A DNA stretch of 64,000 bases from NCBI GenBank assembly GCA_002189035.1, contig NEEC01000002.1:3906001-3970000 (forward strand), in the 5' to 3' direction. The notes under the pieces were generated by a model, which saw nothing but the letters and a program-made list of their open reading frames with translations, did not search any database and was not told where the DNA came from. Shown here one piece after another: positions 24,547-38,374 of the stretch. A program made the translations under genes and the position numbers. The stretch's first letter is position 1. Each line of letters starts with the position of its first letter. The DNA is from Utricularia gibba (Eukaryota > Plantae > Magnoliophyta).

Positions 24547-27520
24547 TACCTCAGAATGGAAATGTTACGAGTAGAGATAAAATTGCATATGAGATATGTG
24601 AATCAAGTTGTTGATTGTTCTTCTACATGCTCCAAGAATAGCATATGTACTTGAGGAGATGTAGAGCAAGGAAAATTCTATCTATTACATTGTTGATACC
24701 TTGTTTGTGTGATAAACATGAATTTAACAATCAATTAGTTGAAATATGTGACTTCTTGATTTATGTGGATGCTTTAAATAGATATGTAGATCTTGTTGAT
24801 TCTCCATTTTTAGGAAAAATGAAGTTGAAAGTAAACAATCCTATTGATAGTGTTCTCGATGACAACAAACTGGTTGGATCTAACTTTGTAGACTAGCTTA
24901 GAAACTTGATTGTGGTGCAGTATGAGCAAGCCACTAGTTTGTGGATGGAAAAGCTCCTATGCTGGTTGATCCACCTAATCCCACATATGTGGAGCATGAG
25001 TTGCTTCTTCAGTGGAAGACTGATGATAACATACCAAGGTGTTACATGTTGGACTCTATGAATTCTGATTTGTAGAGGCAACATGAGAATCACATCATGG
25101 CTACTTCCATGCGGGAACTATATGACACATCGTGCTGATCCTCTTGCTATGAGATATCGAGTAAGTTGTTTGGTGCCCATATGGAAGAAGGTTCAGGTAT
25201 TAGTGTCGATGTGAATTCAATGATTATGCTCATTGAAGGGCTAAGGAATCTTGATTTCATGATAGATGTTGATCTGAAAATTCAGCTAATTCTCCAGTCT
25301 CTTCCAAAATTGTTTAGAAGTTTCATCACAAATTGTCATATGAATTAGATCAGTTGTTCATTCACAGAGTTGAATAAAAAGTTGATGGCTGCTCAGAGAA
25401 ATTCTGTTGCTTCTGGCAAGACAAGAGAAGTTGCTCGTCATTGAGGGAAAGAAGAAGAAGAAGAAATTCACAAAGAAAGGTAAAGAGAAGGTTGCAGACG
25501 AATTGAAAGTTAAGAAAAATCTCATGAAGAAAAAAAAGACCATCCTTGAGAAGGGTGAGTCCAGTGGCAAAGGAAAGTGTTTCCATTGCAACAATAAAGG
25601 ATATATGAAGAGGAATTATCTGAATTTCCTTAAGTCTATTAAGGAAAACAAATGTAAAAACAAAGCAAAAGGTTTGCATTCTTCTTATTCCAATGTGTTT
25701 GATGGCTCATCACTCGCTTGGGTGTTAGATACAGGTGATAGTTTTCACATTGTTTCTCATGTGAAGTTTAGGAGTGATCGAGGGTCATCACTATCGAAGA
25801 AGCTGATTCTTTGGATGGAATGCAGCAACTGTTGTTGTTGTATCCTTAGGATTAGTTTTGATAGCATTGGATGACCATGTTTTGTTGTTAAATGACGTTT
25901 TATACTTACTAGGTGTCTATCAAAATATTATCTCTATCTCTAGTTTGATTGAGATGAGATATGAGTTTTATTCAACTAAAAGTATATGCATGATGATATA
26001 TATTGCGAATGAACTCATTTTGCATGGTATGACACAGGATGGTCTTTATTATTTTGAGAAGATGGGATTGAGTTTATGTATAATAAAAACTATCGTGTGT
26101 CAAAGCATGTCTAATGAGTTCATTCTCATAATATATCATATATATACTTTTAGCAAAATGAAACTCATATTCCATCTCAGTCAAACTAGAGATAGAGATA
26201 ATATTCCTATAGGTACCTGGTAAGTACAAAACATATTTTAACAATAAAACATGGTCATCCAATGCAACCGAAACTAATCATAAGGATACAACAGCAACCC
26301 TTACCCCGTTTCCCATCTGAAAAATCACCTTCTTTGATTGCGATGATCCTAGATCACTCCTAGTCTTCATATGCGAAACAATGTGAGAACTAACACTAGT
26401 ATCTAACAATCAAGTGAGTGATGAGCCATCGAACACATTGGAAGAAGAAGAATGTAAACCTTTTGCTTTCTTCTTACCCTTATTTTCCTTAACAAGGAAA
26501 TTTGGAAATTCCTCTTCCAGTGTCCTTTCTTGTTGCAATGGAAACTATTTCCTTTGCAACAAGACTTGCCCTTCTCAAAGAACGACCTCTTTCATCTTCA
26601 TGGAATTTTTCTTGACTCTCCATTCCTTGGCAAGCTTCTCTTTATCTTTCTCTCTATATTTCTTCTTCTTCTTTCTTGCAACGACAAGAGTAGTTTCTCT
26701 TGTCCTACTAGAAAAATAGCATTCCTCTTAGCAACCATCAACTTGTTATTCAATTCTGCTAATGAACAACTGATTTGATTCATATGAAAATTTTTTGATG
26801 AAACTTCCAAACGACTTTGGAAGAGATTAAAGAATCTGATCAGTTTTTGGATTAGCATCCATCTTGAAATCAAGATTCTCTAGCCTTTGAATGAGTATAA
26901 TCATTAAACTCACATGCATATTAACATCTGAAACTTCTTCCATACGGGCAACAAACATCCTACTCGCCATCTCATAGCGAAAGGATTGGCTCAATGCACC
27001 GTATAGTTCTCATAGATGTTCCAAGATGGAAGCTGCTGTGTTATAATTCTCATGTTGCCTCTGCAAATCAGAATTCATAAAGACCATTATGTAAAACCTT
27101 TTCATGTTGTCATCAGTCTCCCATTGAAGAAGCAACTCTTGCTCCATGTCTGTGTTATAAGATGGATCAACCAGCATAGGGGCTTTGCCATCCAACAAAT
27201 TTGTTGTCATCGAGAATACTATCAATAGCTGTTTGCTTCCAACTTCATTTTTTCTTCAAATGAAGTTTCATCAAGACCTACATATATATAGAAGCATCCA
27301 TGTAAATCAAGAAGTCATGGACTTCAACTAATTGATTGCTACATCCTTGTTTATCACGTAAACAAGGTATGCACAATGTAATAAATAGAATTTTGGTTGC
27401 TCTATATCTCCTAGGGTACATATGTTATTCTTGAAGCATGTAGAACAGCAATCAACAACTTGATTCATATATCTCATATGTAATTCTATCTTTGCTCCTA
27501 GCATTTCCATTCTTTGGTAT
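24547..27520. repeat. Inverted repeat with ~1.5-kb arms (24547-26052 / 26080-27520) and a 27-nt spacer
   Basis: Plus and minus ORFs are homologous (25858 vs 26074; 25407 vs 26598; 24349 vs 27328). The arms meet at tctttattat..ataataaaaa. Confidence 0.9.
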
Positions 27521-28282
27521 ATATACCATTCTTGAATAAAATGTTAGTCAAGTAAACAATTCAGCCAACAACTATGTAATGTAATTTAATATTTCAAGTA
27601 TATATACCATTCATGATATAAATACTCACATACTTACAACATTGCGTGCTTTAGAAATAAATGAATAATATCACATATCATTCAAAATATTTCCTGAATG
27701 AAGAGCCAATAAACATTATTTGATATTTGTTTTGAAAAATAAATTCTGAAAATAAAAAAAACAAATAAATTTTCATAAAACCATTTTTCTCTTTGTTTAA
27801 GCCACGTCATGTATCAAGCTAGTCAAATCAAAATTTTCAACACCCACTCAAATCAGAAATGGTATGTTAAAAAATAAATGGCTTTAGCAACCAAAAATCG
27901 ATGATCAAAAGATAAACCAACATGTGCAAAATATTGCATATCCCATGGTTTAAATTTTTTGATGATCAGATAGTTGCTAAACTTCGCTCCAATGCCACTA
28001 ATGGGTTATGCACAACAGAGGTGGGAAAATTAAAAGTTTTGCCATTTCACAACCAGCGACATCTCATATCTTAAAAAACATAATAAAAATGATGTCTCTA
28101 GCTCATCCACACGAACTAGAAATCATTCCGATAAGGTTAAAACCAATAAGTATATTTCATACATTTTACCCAAAATATATACTTATAAAATCTCATGGGA
28201 TAAATATAAAAACTAATGTTGTTATGTCGTATTAAAATTGATACATGACTTAACTCTCAAATCAGTATATTAGAAAAAACAC

Positions 28283-28470
28283 AATAACATCAATGCTAAT
28301 ATCTCATATTAATATCCATTCTTGATTCAACTCTTGAATCGATATATGAGAAAAAAATGATAGCATCAATGATAATATCTCATATTAACATCAATTCTTG
28401 ATTCAACTTTTGAATCAACACATCAAGAAAGTACGATAACATCAATGACAATATCTCATATTAACATCGA
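28283..28470. repeat. 76-bp tandem repeat x~3 inside the right LTR
   Basis: Units start at 28283, 28359 and 28435; same motif as 24125-24310. Confidence 0.8.
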
Positions 28471-29199
28471 CTAGTAATATACTTGAAGAAACACGGAGAA
28501 TAAAAAAAGAATGTTACTAAACTTGAATCCAGAGTCGATATCTCTTCTTCATTTCATTATTCACCGGTATTTCTTCATTGATTTCCTATTGGTTTCCCAA
28601 TCTTTCCTGATCATTCTTCTCCTTTGAGATGAAGCATCCCCCAAAATTTTCCCAAGTGCCACATCTTTATACCTATAACTTGGCACACTTTTTAATGTGG
28701 CACATTTTTCAAAACTTCATATGGTGGGCTTATAAATATGGACTTTAAAGATTTGAGCCTTTAGACCCAAATCATCAATCATATTATTTTGGGTATTAGT
28801 AATTAATATGAGCCTAGGCCCATATCACCAATTTTTTCAAGTGATAAATACTTAACCAATTTATGATTCAAATTTAAAGACATGATAGAACCCTCCAAAA
28901 ATTTGAATCACAAACGTTTTAGAAAATTTCTACTTCTTTTGGGTGTAACTTACTAGGTTCATTTATAATTGACAATAAGAAGCAAGAAATCTTATTTTTC
29001 TAACAATGATATTTTCCCAAAATATCATGTTTCTCAAAAAAATCAAGGGATGTCTATTATAGTATATTTTATTTACCTGATTAAAATTAAATATAATATT
29101 AAATGATGAACCTTGATATCTACAATTATGAATATACTTCATTAAAGACTTCGATCTAGAATGGAATCTTGAATGGTCCAATTCAACTTTCATGTAGAT

Positions 29200-29470
29200 T
29201 ATAAACCAGTATTTGTTACCTTTAGCATTAAGTCTTGATCTTTTTTACTGAACTTGCTTATTTCTATTAGTTTGAGCTTAGACAAAGATTACTGTTACTC
29301 TGAATTCTGCATCTACTGAAACACTTAGCAAGCATAAGCTCCTCGTGATCGACCTCGAAATCCACTATACAAGTTTTCTAAATTTGTATTTTGTATAGAT
29401 TAGGGCTTATATATTTATTTAATACGAAATTTCTATTTTTGCAACGACATTAGGAAATTTTCGTTTATCA
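29200..29470 (+). mobile_element. 3' fragment of an Athila-type LTR
   Basis: Ends tttcgtttatca; homologous to the reverse complement of 30644-30900. Confidence 0.7.
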
Positions 29471-30643
29471 ATCTCATTACCCTGGCTTGGAATTTATTCA
29501 ACAAAGCAATGAGAAAATCTGAAATCTAATCTCTGTTTCACTGTAGTAATGAATCCTATCTTGGTTATTCAAAGTCCTTCATACACTATCGACTTAAACT
29601 ATCACTATCGCCAACTTGTATATTTCAACAAGTCTAATGAGTAACAAATCATAGATAATAATATATATAAGTTACAATAAAACTTCAAGTCAAAGAATTT
29701 TCATAAAACAATATGAATAACACTATGTCGGCATATGTAAAATACCATACATGCGCTATTCAATGTCACAAAGTTGGTCAGCTTATCTCATGAGCCCCAC
29801 ATGTTTATTCTTACATCTCATGTTAAGTAGAATACAACTCATTGCCTACAGTATCTTGACAAACACTTTATCAAAATATTAAATAAACAGAGGTGATAAT
29901 TAAATCAATGATGATATCCAATAAGAGTATTTAAGCTGAGAATAATTTTAATATATATGCTATAGGAGAAGCAGTAGAATATTTTTAATAACTTATATAA
30001 AAATTCTCTAAACAGGAAATTCTAGACATTGCCGTAATAGAGAAAAAAAAAACAATTACAAAACACTAAATTGTATGGCTTTTGAGCATACTTCCAGCAT
30101 AATCTTCGCTTGATTTTACAGCAATCTAGGAAGAGATGTCATCGTTGAACGAAGGTGTTGTGCTGATCGAAGAGCATGAGATGAGATGTGGGCTCTAGTC
30201 TATTCAAAGTAGACAAAAGAAGGGATAGGCCAGATCCAAAAAAAATTGTGGCAAGGCCTAATGAGGCTCATGTAGCAATGAGCCCAAAAGATAAGCTGCC
30301 AACAAAGATAATTAATTTATCGAAAAATCAGGAAATCAATTTTCTTACGATGGCTAGCTGAAAATTTACCATTAAAATGTGTAATGCAAAATATATTGTG
30401 TGTGATACTTAGTATTGCAATGCAAAAATAAGTGTATATATATCAAAGGAAGATTTTTTTCTTCACAAAACAATTCTCTCATGCCAAATAGCATTGATAT
30501 TCTGTACTTAGGGTTGTTCTCATTTATAATAGCACCAGAACAACAGACATCATTTGTACACTAATAAGATCACATAACCTTCCTTAAGATTCGCCAATCA
30601 TTGTGTGCAAAAGTAATTTCAAGAATGAAATTAGGAAAGGAAT

Positions 30644-32013
30644 TGATAAACGGAAATTTCTATTATCGTTGCAATAAAAATAGAATTCCATGTCAAATAA
30701 ATTTATAAATCCTAATCCTTACAAAATAAAAATTAAACACAAAATGTATAGTTGAATTTGGGGTTGATCACAAGGAGCTTGTTCTTGCTAAGTGTTTTAA
30801 TAGATACAGAATTCGAAATAACAGTGGTTCTTAGTCTAAGTTCAAACTAACAGTAGTAAGCAAGTTCATTAAATACGATTAAGTTTCAATGCTGAAAATA
30901 ACAGATGTTGGTTCTAATGCAGAATAATACTAAGATGTCTTAAGGGTCTGCAGGTGGTGTGGTGCTAAGGTGCCTAATTTAATTTACCATGTTCCTATAC
31001 TCACAACTCTAAACAACCTAAAACTATCTAGGTCATTCATCATATTATTGGCTACGCTAATCCTCAATATCATCACCAACATTGCAATTAGGTTTACCCA
31101 CATGCAATGTGCATTGAATTAGGTCTACCCTGGATTAGTACCTACTGCTCCTATCTTGATTTGATGGTTTACCTCTAAATCAAGCATCTGAGTTGCAAAG
31201 CTACTTACTCCTCTCCTTAGGTCTACCCATGGAATGATAGAAATAAGAACTAAGAAACAAACATAAATTATATCATTAACCCTAGACCCACATCACCATA
31301 CTTCACGTTAAGGCATCCCTAAGGTTATAGCTACTTATGTATTGAAGGAAAAATATAATAACATTAAAAATAAAGCAGTGAAAATGTCAAGGACATCATG
31401 AAAGAGTTGATTGCAGAAACTAAAAACGTCAACAAATGAAAGGAAGGTAGTAGTAGTTCTAATTTCCGTTTGCTACTGTTCATAGGTCGAAACAGTAGCG
31501 CTGGACTGGATCTTGATCTTTGCTCTTCACGTTGGAGGTTCTTCTCCAGAAAATTGCCCTTGTTCTTCCCTCTTGTTCAGTGTTCGTCATGTTCGGGGAG
31601 AAGCCCCCTCGTGTGCATGCTGCTCCCACTCCTTCTGCGATTCTCTCTCTTGCAGAATTACTTCTCTTCTCTCCTTTCCCAAGATCAGTATGATTTTTGA
31701 CAACTTTGCTGCTCCTGCCCTTGACTTGTAGACTGCCGTCGCTACAATGTACTCATTGCTCCCTGCTCCTCCTGCTGCATGGTGACTTGCATGAAATCTT
31801 TGTTTCTTCCCTGATTTTGGGACTTGCTGCTGACTTACAATTGGGTTAGAACATGAAGTGGGTTAAATCAAAGGATTTAGCTCAACAACACACAAAAAAT
31901 CACATTTTTCCTAAGTTATATGAAATACTTAAACCTATAAAATAAGCAACAAAAGCATAATTAAAAAGCTATAATTATCATATCCTAAACACATGAAAAT
32001 TTGTGTGATATCA
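30644..32013 (-). mobile_element. Athila-type solo LTR with perfect 5-bp TSD (GGAAT)
   Basis: TGAT...ATCA termini; ggaat at 30639-30643 and 32014-32018. The left end matches the LTR end that precedes the PBS at 63192. Confidence 0.9.
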
Positions 32014-32715
32014 GGAATCAATGAAATGATTTCAGCCCTTGAACGACAATGCATTTGACTATATTATGAGAGGATCATCGATTTGTACATATGCAGTTAG
32101 CTACTAAGAAGAGGGAGAAGGGTAATGAGGAATTAGCTGATTAGAGGTGGGAGGTGACTTTATTTTCCATTTTAGGGGTAGTTTGGGTGATTTAGTGTTT
32201 TAGGAGTGACATAAATATTAATATTAATACTTTTCAATTTTCTAAGAATACATTGGTTTGTTATGTTAGAAATATTGCAAAAATTTTTAAATTATATTAA
32301 AAATACTATTTTCAGATACATAATTATTGAATAAATAAATTCATAATTTGTTAGAAGATAACTTGACTTAGATAGGATAAATTACTAAACAATTACTATT
32401 TATTAGACTAGAAAGTTAACACAATTACTAAAAATTTATTAGCATATATATCAATCATGTATGCATTATCAATAAACATATACAAAATGCAATAAGTTCA
32501 GGTATTGTTTATGTTTTTCCCATTTAAGCATTTCCTTGAACATATGACATGCATAATTTTTGTTATTTGATTCCAAACCTGTTTGTTTCATTATCTATCA
32601 AAACTTGCAAATACAAAAATACACAATTCCTTCAATGAAGTGGTATTAAGTAAGCTACAATTCTATGGCAACCAATAGTGCACTTACAGTCCCTAACACG
32701 TATCGAAGAAAACTA

Positions 32716-32845
32716 TGAGAATTGGAGTTTGAGAACGCAAGCCTTGTATGGTGCATATGAAGTGATGGATGCAATCACAACGACACCCACTACTAATGAT
32801 GATGTAGCATAGAAAAAGGATAAGAAGGCTTTTTCATTGATTGAT
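32716..32845 (+). pseudogene. Short copia gag N-terminal relic
   Basis: Translates as NWSLRTQALYGAYEVMDAI...KKDKKAFSLI, a copia gag-like pattern. Confidence 0.5.
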
Positions 32846-33838
32846 GTTGTGTTTTATTCTAATGATTTTATGCTTAGGTTTTAGTAAAAATAATGAATCA
32901 ACACTTGAATTAGAAGGGAGAAAGGCCAAAACATATGGATTTCAATTTTGCTTAAAGTAAACTTGAATAGGCTCAATTTCTCTTTAGTATGATGTTAATG
33001 TGGGTCTATTGCTCCTTGGAGTCTATATGGGTCCAACCCATCTTAGCTGAAATGTGTGAACTAATAGTTTATAAGATATTTCTAGAACAGGGGAAAAAGT
33101 GAAATTGTAGGTTTTAGGGAAGTTAAATTAAGAAGAAAAAAAATCTGTTAGAACCAAAATGTAGGATATTGAAAACTCAGAATAAGGGGCAGACAAGCAT
33201 GATCTAATTGCAAGTATAAAAGAAAAAAATCAGAAAGCAAAGAGAGTGATTTTGGAGGGAAGCTCTAGAGACGAAAAGACGAGCTATCCTTGAGGAATGA
33301 GAATTTGTGATAACTTTTGAAGGAGAAGAAATTAGATAGCAATGAATTGCATTTTGCGGCAAACAAGAAAAACGAATAGGGGTTCCAGCATGATACTAGA
33401 ACAAAACTTCTAAATTCAAATGATCTACTAGGCGACTTCGAGTCATAGACAGAAGGAAAAGAAGCCTTGCGACAAGCTGTTCAAGAAAAGATTGCGAATC
33501 TACTGAATATTTTACTTTTCGCATCCTTAGTTCTCACATTTTTACTTCTTGTGCTTGTGACATTAACATTTACTGTTTTTAACAACTACTTGGATTGCTT
33601 GTTCTATTTGAATGAAGGTGTAGCAACTTATGATTTCGTAACTATTCATGATTAGGATTTAAACCTGACCATGAAATTTTACTTGTATTCATGAAGCTAA
33701 ATTCCAATCTCAATGCAAAATCAACTGCTATCTGTTTGAATGTCGTTCTATGCATTCTATTATTTTCTTTTTGTTTAATACAGTAGAAGAAGTTTATTAA
33801 TTTAGTTAGAGTAGAAACATATATTCTACTCTAGGAGT

Positions 33839-33902
33839 TAAGGCCGTAATAATAGATTTATTAATTAACTCTTAATTAATTAAATCCATCATTATCAATC
33901 AT
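33839..33902 (-). mobile_element. Orphan ~64-bp Angela LTR fragment
   Basis: aaggccgtaataatagatttattaattaactcttaattaattaaatccatcattatcaatcat is near-identical to 53250-53312. Confidence 0.8.
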
Positions 33903-34092
33903 ATATTCTTCTTCAGTGACTCAAATGAGGAGTCACAAGAACCCTCTTGACCAGGACATTCACAACAACACGTTGAACGCCATCGCGAATTAGGGTATGA
34001 AAGATTGGAGGTTACGCCGTCACTCTCACAGCTACAACTATCCAAACTCACCAATGAAACCGAATCCTTCTCAGAGGAATTCTGATCAACAG

Positions 34093-36143
34093 TGATAAAC
34101 GAAAAATTACGCAATGTCATTAAATTGCAATTTTTCCTATCAAATAAATTTATAACCTAATACAACTTCAAGCATAAAACAATTATGAGCATAGTGATTA
34201 GGGTCGAACACGAAGGGCAGGTGCTTGCTATGCGAGTGTTAATGCATGTAATCAGTGTCACGTTGGTAAAATTGGTCTTAGCTAGGAATAAAACAGATCT
34301 ACGATGGAATGTAATAAGGAAAAGGTAACAAGTTGGGATTCGATAGTTTCTGGAATGGAATGGGTGATGCCTTGGGACTCCGTGGGGATGTATGACTATC
34401 ACTAAACAAGCTCACATAAATCAAAAATCATACAACTAACTTACAAGATCTAGGTTTACCCGGATTCTTGTTTTTCCCCCTAATCTTTGGTCTACCTCTA
34501 ATTAGGGTTGTTAGTTGGGTTTCACTACCTCCCCTCCTGGATCTATCCTGGTTTGCTAAGGAAGTAGTGTGACTTATGATTTATTAGGTCTAAGGATGGA
34601 TTAGCATATTTCTCCCCTTTTTACCCCAAGGCACCCCCCTAAGTGCTTAGCTACTCATGCTAATGGAAAGTAAAACATCTTCATAGCAGATACTAAGCAA
34701 CATCTTGGCTACAAATGCTAAACAACAACAAGCAATATGAAGCAAAAGTAGAACAGACACTTCGCTCACAAAGAAAATCCAAATCTAGTGTTAGCTAGGA
34801 ACAGTAAACATGAACCTGTGTTCTTCTGGTTCGTCATCCCCTCCTTCTTCCTCCAGAAAAATCTCCAGAAACTTGTCTTGAGTCTCCAAAGGTAGATCTG
34901 ACTTCTCTCTCATCTTTCCTCCCTTTTTGTCCAAAATCTCCTTTTTCCTCCTTGGATTTTGTGTGTACCACTTTTCAGACATTTGGACTCATCTTCTGCC
35001 AATACACTGTGCATATTGCGACCTGCACTGCATTGCTCGAGTAAAACTATTAGAAGGTTGAGACTAATCGTAGATTTAGTCCCAACTAAGACTAAAATAA
35101 CACAATTGCGGTACTTATGCACAAAAATATAAAACTAGGTAGTAAAACTAAATTTTTGTAGCACAATATGAATCTTTTCCATGCACTCAATCACTTAAAA
35201 ATATGTGTTATAACATTATGCTACAACGACACTAGACTTGTCCTCAAGTCCTAACTAAAACTAACAGGAGCTAGCAATTGAGGTATTTCCAACAGCCATG
35301 CAGAGACTTGACATTTAGGTTCAGAATGTAGGAATTGAAAGGGTGCCAGTGTGCAAGACGGGTAATCACTCAAGTATACATGTGAATTTCATCAAAATAA
35401 GTGCTTTCAAAGATTAAATAAGCTAATATGACATTGTTAGACTTTCAATGGGATACTAGTGGTCTTTTTTCATTTCTTCCTCTCTTTACTTTTTTCATTT
35501 TGTACAGAGATCAAGAGCAGGGAAAGTTCCAAGCTTAACTCGGGCAATTTTTGCTCCCCTCCTTATTTCTCCTCAGGGTTTCCTACTATTGAACTCCTCT
35601 GAGTCATTCTCGTAACCTCACTTCTCTCTTTACTCTGTTGTCTACACACGCTTTTTAATTGTGTGTTGCATTTTAAGACATGGGGTTTCATCACCTTTTT
35701 TTTTATGATGACGCTTTTCTAACCCCCTCTTTTTTTTCATCTCTCTATAAGCCTTTCGACCACCTGTATCCATGAAAGCACCAAATATGTCAGCTTGCAC
35801 AAAAAAAAAATCTCGATTGCACAAATCAGAATTCATCACACATGTTGCTACCTCACCAAGATAAGTAGGTTAAAATTCATGCTCACAGGTGTAGAAACGG
35901 TTAAAACAAAATTCATGCATCCTGTACTTCATGAAAAGCATCACGCATGCATATGAAAATTCCTCAAATAGCTTGCAAAATTCTCCTGATCCTAGTACCG
36001 AACTACTAAATTACTCCTAACTTAGACTAACGCCCTAAAAAAATAAAATAAAATAAAATTAAAATTAAAATTAAAATTAAAATTAAAAATAAAGTAAATG
36101 TAAATCTTCCTATCAAATACTAAATTACTACTAACTTAGACTA
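34093..36143 (-). mobile_element. Athila-type LTR (34093-~35215) plus adjacent non-coding internal region
   Basis: 34093-35200 is the reverse complement of the 62031-63192 LTR. Followed by gacttgtcctcaag and an (AAAATT)n tract at ~36040-36090. Confidence 0.8.
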
Positions 36144-37496
36144 CAAAGGGATGCTGAAAATACCCTTCAGAAGACTCTGTTGTTCACCAACCGCCAATAG
36201 CAAACGGCCTCTATGGTATCCACACGTGGAGAACTCCGTCAATAACCTTCTCAAGACCCTTGAATGCTGGTCGAATTCCTAAGGTGCTAGTAGTGAAAAA
36301 GCGCCTCCTTCTGGATCAATCTCAGAGAGCACGAAGACCTCGGAGCAGATCTCAAGATCTAAATCTTTTTTATAGATATTTTGTGACATATCAATTCATA
36401 TCCATACGAGATCTTTTATTTTGAGTTTAATCAATATTAATCTCAAAATAACTCTTTATTTAATTTATACACCTTACCAATTACATCTCATGTAATTGTG
36501 TCATTCTATTTTATATCGATGAGTGACTCCACTATTGTGTGTAACCCTATAGGCTTCCTCAATCAAGGCCGTAATAATTGATTTATTAATTAACTCTTAA
36601 TTAATCAAATCCATCATTATCGATCATTAGTGATGTCTAACAACATATCATGATCCCCAAGATTAAAGAATAATCAGGTGAACTGATTGAGCCTTTCCAT
36701 GATCAGCCACCATGCAATGAACAGCTTTCATCATACTTATATCTCATTCGACACCAGAACATGGGTGTGTGTCTTTCTGATGTATCGAACTTATAATTGC
36801 ATTCAAGCACTAACACTCAATGACCTGCTCAAACAATTCGAGTGTCATTACCCTGGGCCCAGGACTTACTGTTAGGCTTTGATGCAATTACTTGAGATAT
36901 GATCTCATCGCTAACATGAGTGATGAATCCTTTATTGATCAATCAACTATCTCCAAACTTAAGGAGTCACATCCCTACTCATTCATACTAGGCAAGCCAT
37001 GGTTAGGCTCCCATTAGTAATGAGCGAAAATGTAAGCTTAAGATTAAGATAACTTTGTTGACCTCAAGTCTAAGCTTACTTGCACGGGTGTCATATTCGA
37101 GATCTTGCTACTGACACTTGGTTAGCTTCTCATAGTAGCATCTTGAAGATGAGTCATCCAGTGAATCGATTCTCTAATGGACACCCACACATAGGTTCTA
37201 GTAATCTCATTACGTCAATTGTGAGAACCATTGCCTAAACAGTTTAGGGAACTCAATGTGTGCTACCTTATCTGTATTTATGATATCCTCATTTCACAAA
37301 TACTCTAGAAAGGGAGTGTTTAACTTTAGCATGAGTTCTTGAAGAATCTCACATTATGATCTCATCATTATTTCTGTAGCACATAGATCAAGTAGAGGAT
37401 TTTATCAATGATATAAATTTGATCACAATTGAAAGTAAATATCATAAGATAAGATCTGCGAATGAGTTGATTGTCTCTAGAACACATACACAAACA
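36144..37496 (-). mobile_element. Angela LTR lacking ~110 terminal bp
   Basis: Begins at caaagggatgctgaaaatacc and ends gaacacatacacaaaca; no adjacent PBS or PPT. Confidence 0.9.
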
Positions 37497-37694
37497 CAAA
37501 CAGTATGAAAGCTACGCAAAATATGATATGATATGTTATGTATGCCTTGAGTTTGTGGTTCTATGGTCGGAGGTGGCTCTCTTGAGCGTAGAACCATGAA
37601 CAAGGGCACCTTATAAGTGAGAAAAGATAGTTATGGGGACTCACAGTGTGTTTCAAGTTTCTTTTATAATTTCTTTATATTCTTTCTTGATTTG

Positions 37695-38054
37695 AAAAGT
37701 AAGGTCACAGTACAAGTACAAACGACAATCAACACCTGCAGAAAGGGGGATTCGACTAGATCGGCCTCCCCTATAAATAGGAGAAGTTCTAAAGAAAAGG
37801 GGTTTTCGACCCGAAGCCTCCAGACCTGTACCTCACTTCACCATCTCTGTCTAGTAAGGAATTTTTCCAGTGAGCTCTGATAGCTCCGTGGTTTTTTTGT
37901 CTTCCGGTGGTTTTCACGTAAAAAACTTTGCTTACCCTCATTCCTTTCATTCACATCGTACGAATCGCAAAAAAGCATAAAATCACGGTATCCCCGATCG
38001 CATTTGTAACCCAAAAATTGGTCCCATCTCGGAGACCGATTTTCACCCTCAACA
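37695..38054 (+). mobile_element. Fragment of a Tat-type LTR related to 12411-12927
   Basis: Colinear with the reverse complement of the Tat LTR (cctataaatagg, ctagtaagga, ccgattttcaccctcaaca). Confidence 0.8.
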
Positions 38055-38059
38055 GGTCC

Positions 38060-38368
38060 AATGATCAACCATGCTTTCTAGAGTTCTATGAATATGAGTA
38101 TATAGTTGCGTAGCTTGTTTACTAGGTTTGTATGAGTATGATATATGTATGCATAATATACTTTTCATTTTGAATCTATTTCATTATGAAGTTATGAACT
38201 ATGTTATACAAAAGTACTTGGACAAAGTCTTATATCTAGTTTACATGTGTAATTACCCATTTATTGTTTTAAGATCGTGTAATGAAAGACACCCTGAGCT
38301 CTAGTGTTTTAGCTAGGACTGGGTGGCCACGACTCATCTTTCCCGGGCCCTAAAAGAGGGTCGTGACA
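38060..38368 (+). mobile_element. Probable Tekay/Del-type LTR 3' end
   Basis: Ends in gggtcgtgaca, a recalled Tekay terminus; no PBS follows. Confidence 0.4.
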
Positions 38369-38374
38369 AGTTGA

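Larger units (their letters stand above)
23995..28934 (-). mobile_element. Old Angela-like copia element (second family) with an internal inverted duplication
   Basis: Direct-repeat LTRs at 23995-24539 (truncated) and ~27999-28934; degenerate Met PBS at 27986-27998; gag-like DNKLVGSNFVD, knuckle CFHCNNKG, protease WVLDTG. Outer boundaries are approximate. Confidence 0.75.

Noticed and set aside
32850-33830. Additional LTR-like segment
   Set aside because: Composition is suggestive, but there are no termini, TSD, PBS/PPT or second copy in the window; left unannotated.
35216-36143. env-like ORF in the Athila 3' region
   Set aside because: No long ORF or hydrophobic segment; only non-coding, AT-rich sequence.
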